A stretch of 64,000 bases of DNA from Lytechinus pictus (taxonomy: Eukaryota), in NCBI RefSeq assembly GCF_037042905.1, contig NC_087251.1, positions 2,234,001-2,298,000 on the forward strand, read 5' to 3'. Below, one piece after another: positions 1 to 55,989 of this stretch. The number at the start of each line of letters is the position of its first letter. Positions within the stretch are counted from its first letter, which is position 1. The translations under genes were made by a program, and so were the position numbers. The notes under the pieces are model-generated. The model was not told where the DNA came from, searched no databases, and saw only the letters and a program-made list of their open reading frames with translations.

Positions 1-430
1 GAATAGAAACCAAATTAAAGCCACTTATGTAAGTAATAGATGAATTGTGGATTTTTAGCCTACGGCAGCCATTTTGGACGCCATCTTGGATTTTCCAAGT
101 ACCCTGGAGTGCTTATATTCTCTCTAACTTGTACCAACAAATTATTTTACCCCATGGACTATTGAATATGACCCGAACCAAGATTCTAGGGTTGATAATG
201 GGTGAGTTGTATTCATTTCCAGTGAGTGGCGGCCATCTTGGAAGCCATCTTAAAAATAACCACTTTCCCGGATGCGGATTATGGTAGATTTTTAGTATGT
301 TATTCTTAAGGTCAAATAGTACCAAAAATGGTTAAAAACCATTTGTTGCAATTTTTCAGGGTAAGGGTATTTTTTGTCGTATATTGACCTGTCTATGACT
401 AATTTCAACATTTTGTATTATCTAAAATAG

Positions 431-29296
<28,866 letters not shown>

Positions 29297-29789
29297 CAGC
29301 AACAACATGAAAAATGGCATCATAAATAGTTTGATTTAAAAAAAAACGTGAACACGTTGGTACCAATAATGCACGAAGATAAACATGATAAAAGAGCAAT
29401 GTAGATGAAATTACCCTCGATCCTCGAACTTTTATTTTATAGTCGGGCGCAGGTAGACCACTCGGCCTCGATTACTCGCCAGTAAGATGCGAAAGTATCA
29501 GTATTTCAAGTGTAGACAAACTGACAAAGCAAGTTTCGGCCATTCCACAAAGCTTTCCCATAAAATTCATTTTTAAAGGGCTTCAATATGAAGTGGTGAA
29601 TAAGATTCCCTATGACAGTTTTGATCTGTTGTTTTGACATGTTATGATGTGCTTGCTGATAAGTGAAATGTTAATGTATGTATGTATATTTTAGTTTTAA
29701 TGGTTGCAGTGAAAATTGGTTCAGGATCACATTTGGATGATCATTTTCTAGTCGTTATAGATTGAGGAGTAATTTTTCTAACAACTTAA

Positions 29790-30363
29790 AGGACAAGTCC
29801 ACCCCAACAAAAAGTTGATTTGAATAAAAAGAGAAAAATCCAACAAGTATAACACTGAAAATTTCATCAAAATCGGATGTAAAATAAGAAAGGTATGACA
29901 TTTTAAAGTTTGGCCTAATTTCACAAAACGGTTCTATGCACATCCTGGCTGGTATGCAAATGAGGAGACTATGACGTCATCCACTCACTGTTTCTATTGT
30001 ATTTTATTATATGAAATATTCTAATTTTCTCCTCATTGTCAAGTAAAAAAACGATTAATTCCTCCCTAAACATGTGGAATTGGCATTGTTTGATACTATA
30101 TTGTTCAGTCAAGTTGGTCAAATCTATAAACAAATGAAATATTGTATAATTCAAACAATAAAAAACAAAAGAAAATGAGTGATGGACATCATCGACTGAC
30201 TCACCTAGTTGTGCATATCACTGTTTTGTGAAAAATAAGCGAAACTTTAAAATGTCAATACTTTCTTATTTTACATCCGATTGTGATGAAATTTTCAGAG
30301 CTATGCTAGTCTCATTTTTCTCTATTTATTCAATTCAGCATTTTCCTGGGTCGGACTTGACCT
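29790..30363. mobile_element. Kolobok-like MITE
   Basis: TTAA on both sides, AGG...CCT termini, long imperfect TIRs. A partial relative lies at about 38287-38782. Confidence 0.75.
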
Positions 30364-31429
30364 TTAAGTAACAACAACAGGGATCCGTTGCATAGCGTAA
30401 TCACAGAAACTTCGCGACATTGAAGCAACTCTTATGGGATCCTTGATTTTGATTGGCTATTGCGTTGTTTCCATGGTAGACACCATTGGATAGTAAAATT
30501 ATCATAATAGTAACTATCATGCAACGGGCCCCTGAGTAGAGAGATGTAGGTTTATGCTTCAGTTACACCGTCAAAAAACTGATGCTGTTGACTGTTCTAT
30601 AGCTAATCGTATAAATTAATTATAATATATTTGTTACGGAACATCTTTTCAGATCGTAAATTATTTATACAGGGTGGATGATTCGATAATGACTAATATT
30701 GTAAGTTCTAAAGAGCGCAATGAACTGAAAATATGTGTACTAACTACGTAAATTTTCTGATGATGATGATGGTGATGATGATGATGATGATGTTGGTGAT
30801 GATGATGATGAATTGATGGTTTTAAATGATAATTGATCAAGATTTCGATTGATTTTAAGATTAATGATTAACAAAATGATAACGATGTGAACTACGAATA
30901 TAAAGATGATATCAAAGGCAGCTAATATATATATGATTATAAAGTAAGATAGTACTAATGCTTTCAAGTCGCCTTGAAAATTGTATTCAAATAATTTTCC
31001 TTACAAATCCACATGAATCTGAAATGAATGTATAATTATTATATTTGTGAAATATGAATAAACTTTCTAAGTTGAAGGAATGTTACGAAGCTATATATTA
31101 TTCATATCATGTATATAGGACTGTTTATTCTGTTTCATATCTGTATTCTTTATTTGTAATGTCATCGTCAATCATAATCAATACTATTGAATGAATGTAA
31201 GTGTAACAAATATTAGGAAATAAAGTTTTAGTTAGTTAGTAAAATTATCGTTTATTTTCACCATCATGTTCTCGATCTTCATAATATGGGCTTGGAGAAC
31301 ATCTCAACTAAATTATTTTTAGTTAAATTAGATCGGCAGTTATTTCAAGCAGTTTTTGATAGAGATTATAAAACCCCCAAAAAAAGATTATAAAACAAAG
31401 TTATATTGTTTCATGTAACAAAGAGCTAT

Positions 31430-31441
31430 TAATACTACTAA

Positions 31442-31477
<36 letters not shown>

Positions 31478-31530
31478 TAATACTAATACTACTACTGCTG
31501 CTGCTGATACTTGTACTAATACTGCTGCTC

Positions 31531-31591
<61 letters not shown>

Positions 31592-31630
31592 TACTACTGT
31601 TGCTGCTCCTACTGCTGCTGCTGTTACCAC
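31430..31630. repeat. (CTA)n/(CTG)n microsatellite
   Basis: Direct reading. Confidence 0.9.
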
Positions 31631-34600
31631 TACAACAATTACTTGGCTTTTTACTATTACTCCTACCAGGGAATGACAGGAAGGAAAAAAACCTAAAGGT
31701 GGCGTAATACTTTGTTTTCTCTCTCTCTCTCTCTCATTTGAATTACAGGGGTAATATAGAATTGCACAATCCACGTCTCTCTTTTTTACTAACGGACACT
31801 CGCCCCACTCTCTCCAAGCTCTCGCTATCCAACAACATATTCTAAATTTATATCATACACATATAACCAACCCACACCTCACATTTCGAAATATTCTCAC
31901 AGTCATATACATGTATATACTAGAAAAGCACACACCACCGGGGTTTTTCCCCTCTCACACCACACACGCACACTGACACCCCACACAAAAAACACACTCG
32001 ACAAAATGACAATGAACTACATGCACAGTATAACGACCGTCATGTGTTTTTTTTTCACAAAAGTGAATATGTAACATTGAAAATGAGAGTTACTGGAAGT
32101 ATTCACTGATCGGTATGACGGTATCTTCATTTTAGACATAATTTCCAAAATACTTGAATCACTTACGGAATACCACATTCACATAATATTATTCTCGCGA
32201 CAACATGAAGTTTTTCTATGAAGAAAATAATGGGATAGAAAATACAAAAAGTGGAATGAAGTGAATGTATAGATGCGGAAGAGAATACAACAATAATGCA
32301 ATATATTATAAGCTATAAATCATATGTAACAGGTAATATAAAGTTTGGTATAAAATTAGTTAAAAGATAATTTCATTGCTTGTACAATTCAGTATGAACC
32401 CATCTGTAGAATGAATACCCGGCGGGTATAAAAGGGTTATTAAATTATTTGAACAGATAAAGAAAACTCGGACAAACAAAATAATGAAATCCTCATCAAA
32501 ATCGGAGGAGTAAGAAAGATATGCCAATTTTTTAAAAAATTTTATTATTTTTGTGAAACAGTTTTATGCATGTCTTCATGAATACGCAATGAGCTAGCTG
32601 AAGATTTCATATCCCTACTTATTATATCATATCATATTTATAAAAATGTTGTCCTTAAAGAAATCTAAAAATGGAACGAATTTAATGTGTAAATAAACAT
32701 TGCTACAACTTATTTTGTAACAAGGAGACATATTATACCCTTAAATATAAAATAATCATGAAACATAAAGAAAATTCTAAGTGGGTATATGACTTCATCG
32801 ACCCATCTATTACATAACCATGACAGCGTTCATAAAACTGTTTCCACAAAATATTGCCAAATTTTAAAATTCAATAATCTTATTTGATATCATAATACGT
32901 TTAGTTATTTGCTATGTTTCTTTTTTTCTACTGTAACAATGATTTATGGTTAATTGATTTTTTTCATTTGTAGAATGTGAAATCATACTTGTAAGATAAA
33001 ATGTATGTGCAGAAAGAAAGACGAATAAATATCTTATCTTATCTTATATTTTAGGCGTTTCCTCAATGAGCTTTACCCTATTTATTTTTGATACAATCCT
33101 TTTCAACCCGGAGTACCCCCTTTGATTCTTTTAATGAACAGCGCTAGAACAGAAGCTTGAGCTAATGCCGGTGTAATAACTAAAGTGCGTATTGTAGTAT
33201 ATTTCTAGATAGATTGTGCTATATAAAAACATATATCATATAAGGACTGGAATAACCTACCTTCCTATGAAATTTTGTGTTACATGTAAAAAAAAAATTG
33301 GAGTAGATGATTTACCAAATAATATAAAAACAGGTAATATATATTTTTTGTTTCTAAATATGATAGTTCATTCATTTATAATTACCATGTTGTGCTACAG
33401 TTACACCTTTACTTACTTGTATTTTCCTTTGTTTGCATGTGTATATACGAGAAGACATGCGCAGTCATATCCCAAAAAGTAAAAATAAATAAATAAACGA
33501 GCTCAAATCGTATACGCGTATTGATGTATTGTTGAGTTAGATATAGGAGGCACACTAATAACACCGTCGCAAAAAAATCTCATCACGTCGACATCCTTTA
33601 GCAGAGATGATCGGATGATGAGCTCTCAGATCCACTCGTGTCGATATCCATCAGAAGGGGTGATCAGATGAAGATATCTTTGATGTCATCATGTCGACAT
33701 CTTTTAGCAGATATGATCCAGTGGCGGGATCTCGGATCTCATCCTATCGACATCCTTTAATAGAGATGATCAAATGACGATATCTTGGATAATCATGTCA
33801 ACATCCTTGAAAAGCAATTGTAGAATGACAAGATACTTATCTTAACATCGAGGGCCCACACATTATGTAGGAAAGTGAGTTACGGCAGATTTCAAGGATC
33901 TCGTCATCTGATCATCTCTTCTTCTAGGAATGTAAAAATGACGAGATCCGACATTATGTGATCTCATCAACTCTGTGATCTCTTCTAAAGGATGTAGACA
34001 TGATGAGATCAGAGATCCTGTCATCAGGACATCTCTTCAGCAAAATGGTAACAAGGCGAGATCTTGTCTTAATCATCTCTTCTAAAAGATGACGAGATCA
34101 TAGATACTTTCATCTTATCATCTCGCATGAACGATGCTGGCATGACTAGATCTTAGATCTTGCCACGCACATGATGTAATCACCTCTTAAGTTCCATGAA
34201 CTGGTCATATTTTCTACAGGATGTTGAAACGACGAAATGATTATCTGTACATCTAAATGGCACTTGCATACAACAGAGTGACCGTTACCTTCATAACTTG
34301 GCGCATATTTCTGGGTTAGAATGCTTATTGATATACACAGCATGTTGCAAACAATTTCCACCTCAGATTTGTATACGCATGGACTATCACTGGCGTAGTT
34401 AAGTAGTGGTCACACCGCCAGAACTTTGCTGGAGCGGTCCTGGAGCGGTTAAAAAAATCATCACCACTCGCTACCGTTCACCACCGTTTAACAGAAGTTG
34501 ACCACCGTTAAGGCAACACCGCATACGCTCGGCCACCGCTGATGGTCCCTCCTACCGCTTCGAAAGTTTTGAGCTGCACAAAATATTGCAAGCGGTGAGG

Positions 34601-36400
34601 AGCGGGCAATTTACCGCTCCCGCAAAGTTCACCCCCGCTCCAACAACGCCCAATCAAAGTTTGGCACTGGGGAGGGGGGCCCAAATTTGACTTGATTTTT
34701 GGCGCCCATGTGTACTTTTCGAAAAATGGCGCCCCTCCCTCCCGGCCAGGCTAACTTAAATGTAACTTAAAAGCCTTAAATGTATTTTGAATTATCTTAT
34801 TACATAATCACATTTTTTTTAAAAGGCAATTAAAGACCACTTTTTTAATGTGTTCTTGAAAAATAAAATCCATGAATATATAATGTAATATCAATGGGAG
34901 CGCGAAGCGCAAGCGATTTTTTGGGGTCTCAATTTGGTTTAACTTCTCACCAGAGTGGGCCCTACTAGAATATTGTGTGAACGGGAGCTGTAGTTTCTTT
35001 ACTAGTTGTTTAGAATAGCCTTCAATAATATCAATGATAACCTCTTGGGAATATGCAATCTCGAAGCAATCGACTCAACCTCCTCATCAGTGGCGAAGCT
35101 GTGATTTATTCAGCAGGGTTGCAGGGGGGGGGGGGGGCTTGTTGAACTTTTGTAGAGAGCACCAAGATAAAAAAAATAAATAAAATGGGGGGGGTAGAAG
35201 TTAAAGAAATTCCGAAATTTTGTTCTTAAAAACACATTGAGGTATCTCACAAGGCCTAAATAAATAATGATAACGCGAAGCACGATATATTGGACATAAT
35301 ATTTGGAAAATAACATTATATTTCACCATAATCCCTTTCTTTTTCTCTCTTTTTTTTCTTGGTCGTGATTTTTATTTCTTATTTTTTTTGGGGGGCAAAA
35401 CGCCCATGTCCTTACAGTCATTTCCTAGCTTTACTTTATAAACAACATTAATGTGCAATAATCTCATAAGCCCTATGCGAGATAAAAAAATAATTAAATT
35501 TCATGTATTTTGACCTGAAAATTGAACATTCTGGGCAATGTTTGTGAACCTGAACAAGATGCGTATGTAATTAGATAATTACTACGAGCGCGAAGCGCGA
35601 GCAGAAATTTTTAATGTGCGTTCTGGCCTGGTCGAAAAGGGACCTGTAAAGGACGTTTTGAATTAGCCATTAAGACGATACATATTTCAACGGTTAAATA
35701 ATGCGAGCGCGAAGCGCGAGCTGAACATTTTTGATATTCCAACCTAAAAAATTAGATTTCAAACCCCAAAAGGGACAGTCAATTCATGTTTTGTCACTCA
35801 TGAAAAATTGATGGGTAGTTATTTGTATCTTCCTACATTAATAATGCGAGCACAAAGCGCGAGCAGAAAATTGTTGATATTCTGATCTGAAACTGGATAA
35901 TTTTAGCACGTTTTTCATAAGATCAAGATGCGTATCTCAATAAACATGCGTGCACGTGTTTAAGAGTTAGACAGAATCTGGGCATTCTGAATACATTTAA
36001 TTTTTCATCATGAAAATCAATAATGCGAGCGCGGATCGCGAGCTGGAAATAATATTTGAAATTCCGATATGAAATGGGTCAATTTAAGCAATATTTAAAG
36101 CACTGTGTATATAGGGGAATTGTGAATTGGATGTGGAAAGCACTTAATAAATGATGCGAGCGAAGCGTGAGCTGATATTTTATTATTATTTTAAACTAGG
36201 ATCGAGACATTTTATGCCTAAGGACATTTTTGTCATTATATAAAAATGATGCCTATCTTCTGGATATTTTATATTTTTTGTAATCATGAACAGCATTCAT
36301 GGGTTGATACATTTATAGAAAATAATGCGAGCGCAAATCGAGATCCGAAATTATTTAATGGGGGGGGGGTTCAAGTAGTTTGTTATAGAATATATAGGTA

Positions 36401-38149
36401 CAGTGGCGTACCGTGGGTCACGGCATGGGGGGGGGGGCACCATCACAAATTTGGTGTCACTTAGGGAGCACGCTCGGCTGCCAGGTATGCTGACCTAATA
36501 GAGAAATTTTAAGGACATGCAATGCCATTAAACGGATAAGTATCTCACTGATTAAATAATGCGAGCGCGAAGCGCGAGCTGAAAATTTTTGATATTCAGA
36601 CCTAAAAGGGACATTATAAGCAAATTTTTTGTAATCGTGATACGTACCTGTCTCGCTAAACAAACAATGCGAGCGCGAAGCGCGAGCTGAAATTTTTGTA
36701 TATATTGACCCCAAACAGGGACATTTTAAGGACTATATTTTAGGTATCCATTAAGAGTATAAATATCTCGGCATAGTCATCTAATGATAGTGGCATCCTT
36801 TGCTGATTTTGTTAGAATTACATCTAAACATATGAAGCACTTTTTGTAGTCATTGCAATCATGATTATCATACGCATCTCACTAATCAGATACTGCGAGC
36901 GCGAAGCGCGAGCTGAAAATTTATGAAATTCAGACTTGAAGAGGGGCATTCTAAGGCTTGTTTGTAGGAATTCACTAAGTCCTTACGTATTTCACTAACC
37001 AAATGATGCGAGCGCGAAGCGCGAGCTAAACATTTTTGATATTCAGATCAGAAAAATTGACATTTTTAAGGACTGATTTTAGGAATTCATGAAGAGCAGA
37101 CATCTCACCAATCAACTAATGCGAACGTTAGCACGGACAGGAAATGTTTTATACTTAGACCTTAAAATTGGGCAATCACTTTAAAGGGGAATGAAACCTT
37201 TGGAATAAGTAGGCTTGTGTCGAAATAGAAAAACCAAAGAATAAGAAAAAGAAAGTTTGAGAAAAATCGGATAAATAATAAGAAAGTTATGAGCATTTGA
37301 ATATTGCAATCACTAGTGCTATGGAGATCCTCCCATTGGCAATGCGACAAGGATGTGTGATGTCACAAGTGAACAACTTTCCCTTTGATGGACTATAAAA
37401 TACCCTCAAATGTGTCTTTATGCTTATCTTGTGGTGATACAAACTTGTAACCATGATGTATTCTTTAAAAATCTGTATTATATGCCCTCCTATAGAAAGA
37501 ACACATGATCTACTGATAGATGTGATAAAAGCGGCAATTTAAGTGAAATATATACTAAAGAAATGGGGAGAGTTGTTCACAAGTGACATCACACATCTTT
37601 GTCGCATTGCTAATTTGAGGATCTCCATAGCATTAGTGATCACAATATTCAAATGCTCATAACTTTCTCATTATTTGTCTGATTTTTCTCAAACTTTCGT
37701 TAATCTGTTTCTTTGATTTTTCTGTTTTCACACAAGCTATCTTGTTCCAAAGTTTTCATTCTCCTTTAAGTAGTCATGAAAAAGAAGCAAATGTCACTAC
37801 ATAAAACAATAATAACTCGAATTGCGAGGATATATATTTGGTGTATATTGATTTAAAAACGGGAGGTTTTAGTACAACAGGATTATACATCTCGTTGAAC
37901 AGTCTATGCGAGCACCAGGAACAATGAAGACATAGGCCCTGAGCAAACTGTTTCATAAAGTCATGAAAAAAAATGCTTCTTATGTAACATTATAATAAAC
38001 AATAATTTTTTCTTTCCCCATTACGTTTCTCTTCCTTTCTCCCTCTTTTTCTCCTTTTCCCCGTTTTTTTTTTTTTTTTTTTTTTGGGGACGGGGCAGCC
38101 GATTGGGGGGGGCACGTGCCCACCATGCCCCCTGGTAGTTACGCCACTG
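36401..38149. mobile_element. Non-autonomous hAT-like element
   Basis: TIRs CAGTGGCGTA / TACGCCACTG, 8-bp TSD TATAGGTA, internal TGCGAGCGCGAAGCGCGAGC subrepeats. Confidence 0.85.
37185..37765. mobile_element. Kolobok-like palindromic MITE nested in the hAT element
   Basis: TTAA TSD, termini AGGGGAATGAAA / TTTCATTCTCCT, long inverted arms. Confidence 0.8.
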
Positions 38150-40889
38150 TATAGGTATACATAACTCACCAATCAAAATGCGAGCGCACGCTCATAGGCC
38201 TTCATTTTTGACAATCGAGACACCTGAAAAGGAATATTTTGAGAATCTTATATGAAATACACAAAGATAATAGGTAGGCCTACAACATTTTAAAGTTTCG
38301 CTTAATTTCACAAACCAGTTATATTCACATCCTTGTCGGTATGCAAATGAGGAGACTGATGACATCACTCACTCACTACTTCATTTTGTATTTTAGTATA
38401 TGAAATATGAAATATTCCATTTTTCTCCGTTGTCGTGTGAAACAACGATTAATTCCTCCCTGAACATGAGCAATTAGCATTGTTACTATGGTTCAATCAA
38501 GTTGGTCCATATTGTAAAATCTGTAAAAAATGAAAAATTGTATAATTCTAACAATAAAAAACAAAGGAATTAGTGAGTGAGGGACATCATCGACTGTATC
38601 ATTTGCATGTCACTGAGTTGTGCATATCACTGTTTTTTTCTAAATAAGCAAATTTTTTTTTTTTTAATGTCATAATTCTTTTTATTTTACATCCGATTTT
38701 GATGAAATTTTCAGCTTAATGCTTCTTTGATTTTTCTCTATTTATTCAAATCAACATTTTTTTGGGGGGATGGACCTGTCCTTTAAGAGTGCGAAGCGCT
38801 AGCTGAAAACTTTTTTAATGATGAAATGAAAAGGACATTTTCAGTTGTTGGATTAGAATATAAAATATTTTCAGCTTGTGCTTCTCGTTCGCATAAAAAA
38901 ACTGTGACGTCGGGATGCGTATATAACTAAACAGTGATGCGAGCGCGAAGCGCGAGCTCAATTTTTTTATATACTGACTTAAGAAGGACTCTTTTAAGGT
39001 ATAATTCCTATTCTAAAAGTTTTTCCTTTTTCTCTTCGTCTTTTTTTTTCTTCTTTTTCTTTCCTTTTTTTTTGCGCCACCATGGGGGGGGGGGGGGCAA
39101 AAACTTTGCCCCCTGAATCGGCCTATGTATATTTACTTGAAAAACACTAACATTTTAAGGACTTATGTACGTGTGATCGATGGAGAGGATACACACCTCA
39201 CTAAAAAAATATTGCGAACGCGTAGCGCCAGCTAAATTTGATATTAACCCCTTTTCTGACCCTGAACAGGATACCTATCTCGCCAAACAAACTTCAAACT
39301 CGAGCACATTGATTTTTGTATATAATCGTAAAAACGGCATATTTTAAATCAGCCGCATTAATGTAACCTTTTTGGGGCAGGAAATAAATTTCACTATAAA
39401 CAGGCAATATGAGCAATGTTGCGCCCCCGGTCGAACATGAATTTGCATGGAGCCCTCTAAGTTCAAGGTCAATTTGGCGCCCTCGGTTGAACATGATTTT
39501 GGCGCCATGTGAAATATCACTTTGCCCTCCCCCTTCTGAAACATGTATTTGTCGCCTTATGGTAAAGCATCAAATTAGCGCTCCCCTAGTTCGAACATCA
39601 ATTTGGCGCCCCGCTAGTTTGAACATCAATTATGAGCATCAGGGCGAAGCTCTATATGCTCGAGGGGGCCGAGTATGGCGCTTCTGGCAAGAAGTAGCCT
39701 AATATAGGTCCCGAGCGAGCGAAGCGAGCGAGATAAAAATCACATTTTCATGAGAATCTAACATGAAGATAGATTTTAACGTGATATTCAGAAAAATATA
39801 ATACACTTTCCTTTCTTTTCTCATTTTTGTTTTGTTTGGTTGTAGAACTTTTGGGGGCCATGGTCCAAACTCATCCATATAACAGTGCGTTATGGCTGGG
39901 GTCCAGGGCAGAGCCCCGGAACCTCTTGATATCAAAGCCATTTTAAACCTTACAGATGGTCACTTATTTTAATCAAATTGCGTGTATATTTATATAGCTT
40001 TAACACAACACATAAATTCAATACAGTTGTGTATCGTAATCATCCAAATATTGTGAGGGGCACTCCATAGCAAATGTGGGAAAATTTGTAAAAAGTCGCC
40101 AGCGAGCCAGAAAAAAAATGGCCTGTTTAAATGAAATTCTAATTATGTGATAGATTTTTACATCATTATAGCAAATATCATGTCATATATTTTTTTTCAT
40201 TCATCTCATTTCGCTGCCTCCTTTATTTTATTTTATTTCCCCTTGGCTGTGGAAACCACCCCCCGGTACGCCAGTGCTTCAACGTAAAGCTTAATGCAGG
40301 AAGGGTCCATATAGGGGCCCGTTAAAGAACCCATTAAAGGTTACAGATGAAGAGCCCCCACTGCACGGGGTCTTGACTCTTGGACGGAGCCTTTGGAGAT
40401 TTAGCAAGTTTATGATAGACTTTCATACGACATTATGCTATATACCATCCATTTTTCTTCCCGCTCGTTATCTCAATCCTCGGCAGCCCGGTAGTGTATA
40501 CGTTATCTTGTCCCTATTCTTTGTTTTCCAATTTAGATTTTGGCTAATTCCATTCTGCCTTTATTTCCCGCTTTTGTTTGCCTTTTTGTCATCTTTAATT
40601 TATTTCCCTATCTTACTAATCATGCTAATGTATTTGTATATCGGGGCGAATTGTTCTTTCTCACTTGTTTTTTTTCCTTCCTTTTCCCGTTATCTTTCCG
40701 CTTTCCCTTTTTTATGTTTTTTCTTAGTTTTCTTTTCCCTTTTCCTTTCCCTTTCCCCTTTTTTCTTTCCTTTCCCTCTCCCTTCCCTCCCCCTTTTTTC
40801 TTTTTCCCGTTTTTTTTCCCGGTGAGCTCCGCCAGGGGGGGGGGGCAGCTTGCCCCCCCCCCCGCCTGTTACGCCACCAACAACAATTC

Positions 40890-41270
40890 TGAGCCCCCCT
40901 AGTTCGAGTATCAATTTGGCGCCCCCAGTTCGAACATAATTTTAACATCCCTTCGAACATCGATTCGGCCCCCTCCCCCCCCCCCTAGTTCGAGTATCAA
41001 TCTGGTGCCCCCAGTTCGAACATCATTTTAACATCCCTTCGAACATCATTTCGGCGCCCTCCTAGTTCGAATATCAATTCGGCCCCCCCCCCCTAGCTCG
41101 AGTATCAATTTGGCGCCCCCTAGTTCCAACATCAATTTGGCGCCTCTACGTCGAACATCAGTTCGCCCCCCCCCCCCCCCGTTCGAACATCGATTCGGCC
41201 CCCAGTTCGAACATCATTTTGACATTCATTCGAACATCATTTCGGCGCCCTTTTGGTTCGAACATCATTT
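40890..41270. repeat. Degenerate 27-30-bp tandem repeat (GTTCGAACATCAATTTGGCGCCCCC-like)
   Basis: The same unit occurs at about 39420-39635; the two arrays are separated by other repeat insertions. Confidence 0.75.
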
Positions 41271-42437
41271 TCTTTCCTCCTCGTCCTCTTTTTTTCTTCT
41301 CGTCCTTCCCCCCTTTTCTTCTTTTCTTTCCCCCCATTCTCTCTCTTTTTTCTTCTCTTCTTTCTTCCCTCTTCCTCTTTCTCCTTTTCCCCTCTTCCTC
41401 TCTCTTTTCCCCCCTCTTCTTTCCCCTCTTCCTCTTTTTTCTCCCCCTCCCCCACTTCCTTTTTTTTTTTCTTTCCCCTCTACTCCTTTTTTTTCTTCTT
41501 TTCTTTCCCCTCTTCTTTTTTCTTCTTTTCTTTCCCCTCTCTTTTTTTATCTCCTTTCCTCCCTCTTCCTCTCTCTCATTTTTCTCCTTTTCTTTCCCCT
41601 CTTCCTCTTTTTTCTTCCCCCTCTCCCCCTCCCTTTTCTTCTTTTCCTTTCCCTTTTCTTCTTTTCTTCCCCCCTTCTCTCTCTTTTTTCCTCTTCTTTC
41701 TTCCCTCTTCCTCTCTCTCCTTTTCCTTTTCCCCTCTTCCTCTCTCTTCCCCCCTCTTCTTTCCCCTCTTCCTCTTTTTTCTCTTTCTTTCCCCTCTTCT
41801 TCTCCTTTTTTTCTTCTTTTCTTTCCCCTCTTCTTTTTTTCTTTTCTTTCCCCTCTCTTTTTTCTTCTCTTCTTTCCTCCCTCTTCCTCTCTCTCCTTTT
41901 CTCCTTTTCTTTTCCCCTCTTCCTCTTTTTTCTACCCCCTCTCCCTCCCCCTCCCTTTTCTTCTCTTCCTCTTTTTTCTCCTTTTCTTTCTTCTTTTTTC
42001 TCTCTCTCTTTTTCTTCTCTTCCTTTCCCCTCTTCCACTCTCTTTTTTTCTCCTTTTCCTTTCCCTCTCTTTTTCCTTCTCTTTCTTTCCCCCTTTTCCT
42101 CTCCCTTTTCCTTCCCTTCCTTCCCCCTCTTCCCTTTTTCTTCTTTTTTCTTTCCCCCTTTCCTCTCCTTTTTCTCCTCTTCTTCGTTCCCCCTCTTCCT
42201 CTCTCTTTCCCCTCTTCTTTTCCCCTCTCTCTCTCTTTTCTTCTTTCCTCCTTCTTCCTCTCTCTTTTTTCTCCTTTTCCTTTCCCCCTCTGCCTCTCTC
42301 CTTTCCTCCTTTTTCCCCCCCTTTTCCTCTCTCTTTTTTCTTCCCTTCTTCCCCCTCTTCCTTTCTTCTTTTTCTTCTTTTCTTTCCCCTCTTCCCCTCT
42401 TTTTTCTATTTCTTTCCCTCTCTTATTTTTTTTTTTA
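41270..42437. repeat. Polypyrimidine (C/T) low-complexity tract, about 1.17 kb
   Basis: Almost exclusively C and T on the plus strand, with internally repeated blocks. Confidence 0.95.
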
Positions 42438-43049
42438 GCCGAAGGGGGGGCCAAGGCCCCTTCGTCCCCCCCCCCCCCCATGGATCCGCGCCTGGTGTCA
42501 CCGCAAAATCAACGCTCGCTACCGTTAAACCAACGCTAAAGCAACGCCGGATTCAGCGGTGCACCGATAAGGCAACGCCCGTGTTTTCGATTTTTCCCCA
42601 TTTTGCACGCGGTGACGAGCGTTGTCGAAATTCGACCCCCTCTTCCTACCGTTCAAGGACCGCTCAAGATAAGTTCTGGTGGTGTGACCGCTACTTTACA
42701 ACATCAATGAAAGATATGGACTTGCCTCTGAGGTTCTTTTTTATTAGGCCCACAAGAAGCCCAATAAATTTAAAAATCACAAAGCGCAATGCCCCCCTTC
42801 CCCCTCCTCCTCCGCCATGAGCCACAAGGTGTTATGGAATTAGTCCGTGCATATTACCATGGAATCGAGAGGCCCTAGATAAAAATTATTGCATACATTA
42901 CAATACCTCATTGATGAACAATGTTTTGAGCTCTGAAAGGTCAATACTGTATTACATAATTATGGAGCACATGACAGATGTTAGTTTTTCATTTCTTAGT
43001 GATGATATGTTTCATCGATGATATGTTTCATCGTGGCATTCCGGCCCAT

Positions 43050-55989
<12,940 letters not shown>

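Larger units (their letters stand above)
34402..42695. mobile_element. PIF/Harbinger-like MITE split by about 7.8 kb of nested insertions
   Basis: TIRs AGTAGTGGTCACACCGCCAGAACTT / AAGTTCTGGTGGTGTGACCGCTACT with 3-bp TTA on both sides. Confidence 0.7.

Noticed and set aside
41110..42820. Long F/L/S/P-rich and K/R/E/G-rich ORFs (300-530 aa)
   Set aside because: Artefacts of a pyrimidine-only tract, which cannot contain stop codons.
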